This document shows, piece after piece, positions 25,345-32,000 of a DNA stretch of 32,000 nt. The DNA is taken from the NCBI RefSeq assembly GCF_017876815.1, contig NZ_JAGIOS010000003.1, positions 480,001 to 512,000 of the forward strand. Direction: 5' to 3'. The translations under genes and the position numbers were made by a program. Position 1 is the first letter of the stretch; each line of letters starts with the position of its first letter. The notes below the pieces were generated by a model. The model saw only the letters and a list, made by a program, of their open reading frames with translations. It was not told the DNA's origin and ran no database searches. Source of the stretch: Sinorhizobium meliloti. Lineage in GTDB: Bacteria > Pseudomonadota > Alphaproteobacteria > Rhizobiales > Rhizobiaceae.

Positions 25345-25902
25345 ATGGCTGATTCCGACAATAGCAGAACTGTGTCTACGGTCACCCGGGGAGATTTTCA
25401 ATCTTTCGTGGCGGCGTCTTTACCCACATATCAAGAGCTTACTCAGACGAAACAGCTATCCTGGGGTGCGTGCGATGCCGATCCGGCGCTCGTAGTTTGG
25501 CACCAATGGTGCGCCGCCTGGCAGCGTCTGAGCGAATCAAGTTTGCTACAACAGCGGCTCGAAAGATCCCTCTTTCCAGTGGTTTTGCCACCATCGGTTG
25601 AGCAAGCCGCAGGTTCTCGAACCTACTGCGAGGCCCTCGAAGCTGAAGATCGCGCATCCATCGCGGAGGAGCAGGCCGCGGAAACCTTGTGGAAGACGCC
25701 GGCGGTGTCCGTCGCAGGCGCCGCCGCCAAACTCCATGCCGCCATGACCAAATGGCAGCCCTCGCCCACAGGCCAAGAAGAGCCTTGGCCGCAAATCCGC
25801 ATCGTCATCGCCGACCTCCTGAAAATCGATATGGCCTCAGTTGCGAGCGGACGGGATTGCCTGTCTACGGCCGACCTCCGACCCGAGTTTCAAAGCAGCT
25901 GA
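25345..25902 (+). CDS. hypothetical protein divergent from the XRE gene
   Basis: ATG 25345 follows GGGAG. The 185-aa product contains DPALVVWHQWCAAWQRLSESSLLQQRLERSL...CEALEAEDRASIAEEQAAETLWKTPAVSVAGAAAKLHA...EEPWPQIRIVIADLLKI. This resembles uncharacterised rhizobial plasmid proteins I recall. The function is unknown. Confidence 0.5.
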   Translation: MADSDNSRTVSTVTRGDFQSFVAASLPTYQELTQTKQLSWGACDADPALVVWHQWCAAWQRLSESSLLQQRLERSLFPVVLPPSVEQAAGSRTYCEALEAEDRASIAEEQAAETLWKTPAVSVAGAAAKLHAAMTKWQPSPTGQEEPWPQIRIVIADLLKIDMASVASGRDCLSTADLRPEFQSS

Positions 25903-26061
25903 ACGGACGGTGGCAGAGTACGCGGGATTCCGGCCTTTCCTTCAATTTCACATGACATGCGCACCGCGCCTTTGCATGCATTTCGCCGTGGGAGCACCGC
26001 GTTGGGACTGCTTCCAATGCGGCGTTCCGACTCTACCAAAAACTAAAACAAGGAACTTCAA

Positions 26062-27657
26062 ATGAAACTGGGAAGCCCATTTCGGCCACGCCTGCTTTCC
26101 GCGCTTCTGTTCTCCATCTTCCTCGGGAGTGCTTCGGCGACGCCGGCGCAAGAACGCGGAGAGCTTCGGATCGCTACATCGTACAAGCTGATGACGCTGG
26201 ATCCGCAATATGCCAATCTCAACGAGAACACCTCACTGCTCTCCCATATTTACGAGCGGCTCGTCTACCAGGACGAGAATCTCGAATTGAAGCCTGGGCT
26301 CGCCACCTCCTGGCGGCCACTGTCCGACACGCAATGGGCGTTCAAGCTCCGTGACAAGGTCCGCTTCCATGACGGCTCGGCCTTTGACGCCGATGATGTC
26401 GTCTACACGATCGAGCGCATCCGGGACTTCCTCAAACCGCCGAGCGGCGGCTTTCGCTCCTATGTCAGCGGCATCAAGTCGGTCTCGGCACCCGATCCCC
26501 TCACAGTGCTGATCGAAACCGACGGCGCGGTCCCCAATCTGCCACTCTTCTTCTCCTCCCTCTTCGTGATGAACCGGCCCTCTGAGGGGGTCGAGACGAC
26601 CGAGGACCTCAACGCGGGTCACCCGCCCAACGGCACTGGACCCTATCGGTTCGAGAGCTGGAGTTCCGGCGAGAGCCTGAGACTTGCCCGGAACGACGAC
26701 TACTGGGGCGGCAAACCTGCCTGGTCCAAGGTTACCTTCCGGGTGATCGAGAACCCGGCAGCGCGCGTGGCGGCGCTCAGCACGGGAGAGGTCGATGTGG
26801 CCGACGCGATCCCGGCCCGCGACGTTGCCTCCTTGAAGGAGCGCGGCGCCAGGGTCGCGAGCGTCGGTGCTGCACGTGTCAACTTCGTACAGTTCGACGT
26901 CGCGCGAGACACGCTTCCAGGAGTGACTGACAAGTCGGGCGAACCGATCGCCAATCCGTTCAAGAACCCGCTCGTGCGCCGAGCGCTTGCGCTGGCGACT
27001 GACCGGGGCATTCTCGTCGACAAGATTCTCGCCGGTTATGGCACGGCCGCCGCCCAGGTCTTTCCGAATGGTCTGCCGGGCACCTCGGCGAAATTGCTGC
27101 CTGAGGCTCCAAACTATGACGAAGCAAAGATGCTTCTCGCGAAGGCCGGTTTCCCGGACGGCTTCAACCTTGTTCTTGCCGGGCCGGCGGGCCGTTACCC
27201 CGGTGACGCCGAAAGCCTTCAGGCAGTCGCCCAGAGCTGGGCCCGCATCGGCGTCAATGCTCAACCAGCGGCCGCGCCTTTCTCGGTATTCAACACCAAG
27301 CGGGCGGCAGGGGATTACGGCGTCTGGTACGGCGGCACCTCCGGCGAGGCGGTCGACATCATTCTCCATACTCTGCTGGCATCCCCGGACCCAGAGCGCG
27401 GGACCGGTGCGTTGAACTTCGGGAAGTATCGCAACGAGGCCTTCGACGCGATGCTCGCAAGGGCGGAAAGCATTGCGGTAGGGCCGGAGCGCAATGCGGC
27501 ACTCGCGCAGGCGACGGAACTCGTGATGGCCGACCAGCCGATCATACCGCTCTACCACTTCCATCACATCGTCGGTTACGGCTCGCGGATCGGCTCCTAT
27601 GTCCTGCACCCCCGCGGCTGGACAACCGCGATGCAGACGCTTCCGGCGATGGAGTAA
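26062..27657 (+). CDS. ABC transporter substrate-binding protein, family 5 (peptide/nickel, DppA/OppA-like)
   Basis: 531-aa ORF with a signal peptide (LLSALLFSIFLGSASATPAQ) and SBP_bac_5-type blocks (LVYQDENLELKPGLATSW...WAFKLRDKVRFHDGSAFDADDVVYTIER). Confidence 0.9.
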   Translation: MKLGSPFRPRLLSALLFSIFLGSASATPAQERGELRIATSYKLMTLDPQYANLNENTSLLSHIYERLVYQDENLELKPGLATSWRPLSDTQWAFKLRDKVRFHDGSAFDADDVVYTIERIRDFLKPPSGGFRSYVSGIKSVSAPDPLTVLIETDGAVPNLPLFFSSLFVMNRPSEGVETTEDLNAGHPPNGTGPYRFESWSSGESLRLARNDDYWGGKPAWSKVTFRVIENPAARVAALSTGEVDVADAIPARDVASLKERGARVASVGAARVNFVQFDVARDTLPGVTDKSGEPIANPFKNPLVRRALALATDRGILVDKILAGYGTAAAQVFPNGLPGTSAKLLPEAPNYDEAKMLLAKAGFPDGFNLVLAGPAGRYPGDAESLQAVAQSWARIGVNAQPAAAPFSVFNTKRAAGDYGVWYGGTSGEAVDIILHTLLASPDPERGTGALNFGKYRNEAFDAMLARAESIAVGPERNAALAQATELVMADQPIIPLYHFHHIVGYGSRIGSYVLHPRGWTTAMQTLPAME

Positions 27658-27663
27658 GCGGTC

Positions 27664-28641
27664 ATGGGCATGATCTCGGTTGCATTGGGAAGGCTGGGCC
27701 AAGCCTTCCTGCTCCTCATCGCCATGTCGTTGATCGGCTTTATCGGCATCCACAGCGTCGGCAATCCGGTCTTCAACGTCGTCAACATCGAAACAGCTAC
27801 GCCCGAGGATATTCACGCCGCAACGATCGCGCTCGGTCTTGATCAGCCGATCTGGCGCCAATACCTCGCATTCATCGGCAATGTCGTCAGCGGCAACTTC
27901 GGCACCTCCTACATCTATCATCTGCCCGCCTTCGAGTTGGTGATGAGCAAACTGCCGGCAACGCTTGAGCTCGCCTCCATCGCGATGCTGATCGCCGCAC
28001 CGCTCGGGACGGGACTCGGACTCCTTGCCGGCCGACGCAGCGGCACGCTGTTCGACAGAACCCTGGTCAAGGCGAGCGTGTCGGCGCTGAGCATCCCTTC
28101 CTTCTGGCTGGCGATGATGCTGATCCTCGTCGGCGCTATCCTGACCGGCTGGTTCCCGTCCGGCGGCCGCGGCTTGACTGCGAGCTTCCTGGGTCAGGAA
28201 TGGAGTTTTCTGACTGCAAATGGATTATGGCACCTCGTGCTTCCGGCCTTGGCACTGGCGATACCGAACATCGCTCTGATTGCCCGCCTATCGCGATCGG
28301 GAACAATCGAAGTCGAGAACCTGGATTACACAAGGTTTTGCCGCGCCAAGGGGCTTTCCGCGCGAAGGATCCTGTTCCGCCACACCCTTCCGAACATCAG
28401 CGTGCCGATCGTGACGATCATCGGACTGCAGTTCGGCGGCATGCTCGCCTTTGCCGTGGTGGTGGAAACGATCTTTTCGTGGCCGGGCGTCGGCAAGCTT
28501 CTGATCGACTCCATCCAGCTCCTCGACCGGCCAGTGGTGATGGCGACGCTGACCGTCATTGCCGTCGCCTTCGTCGCGCTGAATGCCCTCGTCGACTTGT
28601 TCTATGCCGTGCTCGACCCGCGCGTGCGCCTGTCTTCATGA
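27664..28641 (+). CDS. ABC transporter permease (DppB/OppB-like)
   Basis: 325-aa multi-transmembrane ORF with the EAA-loop region (ARAKGLSARRILFRHTLPN). Confidence 0.9.
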   Translation: MGMISVALGRLGQAFLLLIAMSLIGFIGIHSVGNPVFNVVNIETATPEDIHAATIALGLDQPIWRQYLAFIGNVVSGNFGTSYIYHLPAFELVMSKLPATLELASIAMLIAAPLGTGLGLLAGRRSGTLFDRTLVKASVSALSIPSFWLAMMLILVGAILTGWFPSGGRGLTASFLGQEWSFLTANGLWHLVLPALALAIPNIALIARLSRSGTIEVENLDYTRFCRAKGLSARRILFRHTLPNISVPIVTIIGLQFGGMLAFAVVVETIFSWPGVGKLLIDSIQLLDRPVVMATLTVIAVAFVALNALVDLFYAVLDPRVRLSS

Positions 28642-28654
28642 AAGGTGACCCGTC

Positions 28655-29530
28655 ATGAAAGCCCACATCGTAAGCGCGCTGAAGAGGCGCCGACACGGAC
28701 CGGTGCTGACCGCGTCCAAGCTGCTGCTGGCAAGCTACATCCTGATTGCCATCGCTGCACCCTTGATCGCGCCGCAAAATCCCTATGACCCGCTGCAGAT
28801 CTACGGCTGGGAGGCGTCCTCGCCACCCGGTACACGTGGCAGCGGCGGCTATCTCTACCTGCTTGGAACCGACGGTCTCGGCCGAGACATCGTCAGCACC
28901 ATTCTCTACGGCCTGCGCATCAGCCTGGTGGTGTCGATCGTCAGTAGCGCGCTCGCCGCGCTGATCGGGCTGACCGCCGGCGTCAGTGCCGCGTATTTCG
29001 GGAAATGGGTCGACATCGCGATCATGCGGCTGGTCGACCTGCAGCTCAGCCTGCCGACGATCCTGATTGCGCTCATCGCCATCGTCACGCTCGGGCCGGG
29101 CATAGACCGGATCATCCTGGCGTTGATCATCGCGCAATGGGCGACCTATGCCCGGATCGCCCGCGGCGTCGCACTCAGCGAAGCGAACAAGCCTTACATG
29201 GATGCGGCCCGCTTGATGCGGCTGCCAACGTCCCGGATCATCGTCCGGCACCTGCTTCCGAACAGCATCGCGCCCGCCGTCACCTTGATACCGATCGAGG
29301 TCGGCCATGCCGTCGCACTCGAGGCGACCCTCTCCTTTCTTGGGCTGGGCGTCCCGATCGACAAGCCCTCGCTCGGCTCGGCGGTCGCAAACGGATTCCA
29401 GTACCTCCTGACCGGCCAATACTGGATCAGCCTGTTCCCGGGCCTCGCCCTCTTCGGCCTGATCGCCAGCATCAATCTCGTCGGCGAAGACGTTCGCCGC
29501 AGCCTCGATCCAAGGAACCATTCGCGATGA
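28655..29530 (+). CDS. ABC transporter permease (DppC/OppC-like)
   Basis: 291-aa ORF with LGTDGLGRDIVSTILYG and an EAA-type loop (YMDAARLMRLPTSRIIVRHLLPN). Confidence 0.9.
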   Translation: MKAHIVSALKRRRHGPVLTASKLLLASYILIAIAAPLIAPQNPYDPLQIYGWEASSPPGTRGSGGYLYLLGTDGLGRDIVSTILYGLRISLVVSIVSSALAALIGLTAGVSAAYFGKWVDIAIMRLVDLQLSLPTILIALIAIVTLGPGIDRIILALIIAQWATYARIARGVALSEANKPYMDAARLMRLPTSRIIVRHLLPNSIAPAVTLIPIEVGHAVALEATLSFLGLGVPIDKPSLGSAVANGFQYLLTGQYWISLFPGLALFGLIASINLVGEDVRRSLDPRNHSR

Positions 29531-31185
29531 CCGTGGAACACGTGACGACACCCCTGCTGCGGGTTGAGAACCTTGGCCTTCGCCATGTCTCGGGCTCGGC
29601 CACAACACAAATCCTGTCCGACGTGAGTTTCGAACTCGGGCGAGGCGAGATCCTCGGCATCATCGGCGAGTCCGGCGCCGGCAAATCGACCGTCGGCAAT
29701 GCCATCCTCGGGCTGCTTTCGCCCGAGTTCCAGCAGACCTCCGGAACAATCGAGTTCGATGGCAAGGCGATCGACGGGATGACTGCCGACGAGCGCCAGA
29801 CGCTTCGAGGACGGCGGATATCGGCGATCTTCCAGGACCACACCGCCTCGCTCGATCCGCTGATGAGCGTCGGCGCCCAAGTCGAGGAAACCTGCCTTGC
29901 GCTCGACAGCTCGCTTTCCAGGCGCGAGGCGCGTGCCCGCGCGGTTGATCTGCTTGCCCGCGTCGGCATTCCCGAACCGGAGCAGCGATACCGCAATTAC
30001 CCGCACCAGTTCTCCGGCGGGCAGAGGCAACGCGTCGTCATCGCCATTGCGCTTGCCGGCTCTCCTGACATCATCATCGCCGACGAGCCGACCTCGGCGC
30101 TCGATGCGACGGTTCAGAAGCAGGTTCTGGAACTTCTAAAGATACTTGTCGACGAAACCGGTGTCTCGATCATCCTCGTCACCCACGACATGGGCGTGAT
30201 CTCCGAAATCACCAACCGGGTACTCGTCATGCGAAAGGGCCAGGTGGTGGAGGCGGACCGCACGACCGCCATTCTCGATCAGCCCGGCCATGACTACACG
30301 AAGAAGCTGCTCGCCGCTGTTCCAAGGCTTCGAATCCCGACACGCATTGATAGCGGCCAAGCAGGCTCTTCCGCCCTAGACGGCGACCAGAACCCGCTTC
30401 TGGTCGCGGAAGGCCTTTCGAAACAGTTCGCGCCGCAGGGTTTTGCCTGGGGCGTCGGCCGGGGCAAGCCGAGATTCGGCCTGCGCGACGTCGGTATTCG
30501 CCTGGCGCGCGGGTCGATCACCGGGATCGTCGGCGAGAGCGGCAGTGGAAAGACGACGTTCGGCCGCATCCTCGCGGGCCTCGACAAGGCGCCGACCGGC
30601 AGGATCACAATCGGGGAACACGCCTTCGACGTTTCGCGAAGCGGCCGCCGCAGCGGTCTTCTCGGCCGCGTCCAGATGATCTTCCAGGATCCATCCGTCT
30701 CCCTCAACCCCCGCATGACCATCGGCGAGACGCTGGACGAGAGCATCCGCTTCGGCGGGAGGATCCGTTCCGGCGAAGAGCCGGCGGAAGTGGCCGCAAT
30801 GATGGATCGGCTTGGTCTTCCGCGAAGCCTGCTCGCCCGCCATCCGCATCAGCTCTCCGGTGGCCAAAAGCAGCGTGTCTGTATCGCTCGCGCCCTGTTG
30901 GCACGGCCTGAGATCATCGTCGCGGACGAGCCGACATCCGCGCTCGACGTCTCGGTTCAGGCCGAGATCGTCGGTCTCCTGAAGGACACCATAGCGGAGC
31001 GGGCGATGACAATGGTCTTCATCTCCCATGACCTCGCGATCGTTCAAGCGATGTGCAGCTCCGTCTACATCTTCAAGGACGGCCGGATCGAGGATTTCGG
31101 GCCCACCGAGTTCATCTTCTCGCGATCCGACAATCCCTACACCCGCGCGCTCATCAACGCCCGCCCCCAGCGGTTCACATGCTGA
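29527..31185 (+). CDS. fused double ATP-binding protein of the ABC importer (DppD/DppF-like)
   Basis: The start ATG at 29527 overlaps the upstream stop (ATGA). There are two complete cassettes: GESGAGKST...FSGGQRQR...[11 protein letters not shown] and GESGSGKTT...LSGGQKQR...[11 protein letters not shown]. The 726-aa track ORF from 29005 is an out-of-context N-terminal extension over the permease gene. Confidence 0.9.
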   Translation: MTVEHVTTPLLRVENLGLRHVSGSATTQILSDVSFELGRGEILGIIGESGAGKSTVGNAILGLLSPEFQQTSGTIEFDGKAIDGMTADERQTLRGRRISAIFQDHTASLDPLMSVGAQVEETCLALDSSLSRREARARAVDLLARVGIPEPEQRYRNYPHQFSGGQRQRVVIAIALAGSPDIIIADEPTSALDATVQKQVLELLKILVDETGVSIILVTHDMGVISEITNRVLVMRKGQVVEADRTTAILDQPGHDYTKKLLAAVPRLRIPTRIDSGQAGSSALDGDQNPLLVAEGLSKQFAPQGFAWGVGRGKPRFGLRDVGIRLARGSITGIVGESGSGKTTFGRILAGLDKAPTGRITIGEHAFDVSRSGRRSGLLGRVQMIFQDPSVSLNPRMTIGETLDESIRFGGRIRSGEEPAEVAAMMDRLGLPRSLLARHPHQLSGGQKQRVCIARALLARPEIIVADEPTSALDVSVQAEIVGLLKDTIAERAMTMVFISHDLAIVQAMCSSVYIFKDGRIEDFGPTEFIFSRSDNPYTRALINARPQRFTC

Positions 31186-31272
31186 GCGGCGCGGCACGCC
31201 TCACCGACAGCATCCAGGCAGGATCTGCCAAATTTTCGAAACGCACACGCATTGCCACAGAAGGTCACCCAA

Positions 31273-32000
31273 ATGAATGACAGGTTCACATTGGCCGTAA
31301 CCGGCCAATCTCTCATCAAGCACGATATCCGCGACATTCCTGCTCCTGCCTTCCGTGAGGTTCAGTCCCTCCTTCGCCAGGCGGATCTCTCATTCACCAA
31401 CTTCGAGGGAACGATCCTTGGGCGTCACGGCGGGTGGCCGCTCAAAGGTTCGTTCTTCGGCTGCAGCGATCCGGTCGTTCTCGACACCCTCCGGGCGATA
31501 GGGTTTCGGGCACTTTCGCTCTCGAACAACCATGCTTTCGACCTCGGCCCGTCCGGCGTGCTTTCGACGCTCGAGGAAGTGGAGAAGCGAGGCTTCCTCC
31601 ATGCCGGCCTCGGCCGCGATCAAGCGCAAGTCTCGCGGGCGAGCACCGCAACGATCGGCGGGCGGCGGGTCGCGATCGTCGCAATGGACGGAGGCCCCGG
31701 TCCGGATTTCATGTATGCTGCCGATGGCGACGACGACCGACCAGCACGCCCGGGCGTCAACCGGCTGCGTCTCACCCAGGTACTCGCGGTCGACGGAGCT
31801 GCCTTCGAACAGATTAGGGCCATTCGCGACAAGATCGGTTATACGGCGATCGATCTCACCAATGACAGTCAGCCGGACGATCCGCCGCGCCTCGCCGCGG
31901 AATCCGAGGTCGGCATCTCGCGTGCCGTCTTCAGGCGATCGGGGAAATTCGGACGCAGCGTCAAGATCGATGAGGCGGATCTGTCCAGGAACCTCTCAGC
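31273..32000 (+). CDS. CapA-family (PGA_cap metallophosphatase-like) protein, 5' part; runs off the right edge
   Basis: Absent from the ORF track because it has no stop in the window. From ATG 31273 the translation is MNDRFTLAVTGQSLIKHDIRD...ADLSFTNFEGTI...GFRALSLSNNHAFDLGPSGVLSTLEEVEKRGFLHAGLG, the conserved CapA N-terminal blocks. Confidence 0.8.
   Translation, partial: MNDRFTLAVTGQSLIKHDIRDIPAPAFREVQSLLRQADLSFTNFEGTILGRHGGWPLKGSFFGCSDPVVLDTLRAIGFRALSLSNNHAFDLGPSGVLSTLEEVEKRGFLHAGLGRDQAQVSRASTATIGGRRVAIVAMDGGPGPDFMYAADGDDDRPARPGVNRLRLTQVLAVDGAAFEQIRAIRDKIGYTAIDLTNDSQPDDPPRLAAESEVGISRAVFRRSGKFGRSVKIDEADLSRNLS

Noticed and set aside
26233-27921. 562-aa reverse-strand ORF, the longest in the window
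   Set aside because: It lies entirely antisense to the well-supported substrate-binding and permease genes. Its product is Arg/Ala/Gly/Pro-rich with no motifs. This is the typical open antisense frame of high-GC DNA.
29005-29526. N-terminal 174 codons of the 726-aa ORF 29005..31185
   Set aside because: This part overlaps the DppC-like permease gene in another frame and is Arg/Pro-rich. The ATPase homology begins at the ATG at 29527, which overlaps the permease stop (ATGA).
28556-29608. 350-aa reverse-strand ORF
   Set aside because: It is antisense to the permease genes, and its Arg/Asp/Gln/Gly-rich low-complexity product has no recognisable domain.

Overview
High-GC alphaproteobacterial DNA that looks like an accessory region of a rhizobial (Sinorhizobium/Ensifer-like) megaplasmid. 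The family assignments below come from reading the translations and my memory of those families, not from any search. Left to right: (1) the 5' part of hmp and an ApbE/NosX remnant, then an aldo-keto reductase/LysR divergent pair, an IS66 tnpC remnant, a second LysR gene and a LysR pseudogene. (2) Two type II toxin-antitoxin modules (vapBC, higBA) flanking a DUF3846-like gene. (3) A nest of insertion sequences: a complete IS30-family element, two different ISNCY/IS1202-like elements in tandem, a truncated second IS30 left end and a sliver of a third ISNCY-like transposase gene. (4) A quorum-sensing neighbourhood. It holds a TraR-like LuxR gene, a stretch of pseudogenes (LysR, nucleotidyltransferase, amidohydrolase) and an OmpR/PhoB-type response regulator split by an IS21-family element with a clean 8-bp target duplication. 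It also holds a LuxI-type AHL synthase, a small divergent ORF and a second LuxR-type gene carrying a frameshift. (5) Directly downstream, behind a perfect 20-bp palindrome, sits a tightly coupled three-gene operon: a CmoA-like SAM-dependent enzyme, a 468-aa protein I cannot assign to any family, and a GNAT acetyltransferase. This is my best candidate for an undescribed, quorum-sensing-linked small-molecule system. (6) An XRE regulator with a divergent hypothetical gene, a Dpp/Opp-type ABC importer (binding protein, two permeases, fused double ATPase) and the start of a CapA-family gene. I saw no tRNA, rRNA or CRISPR. Many long antisense ORFs in the track are GC-driven artefacts.
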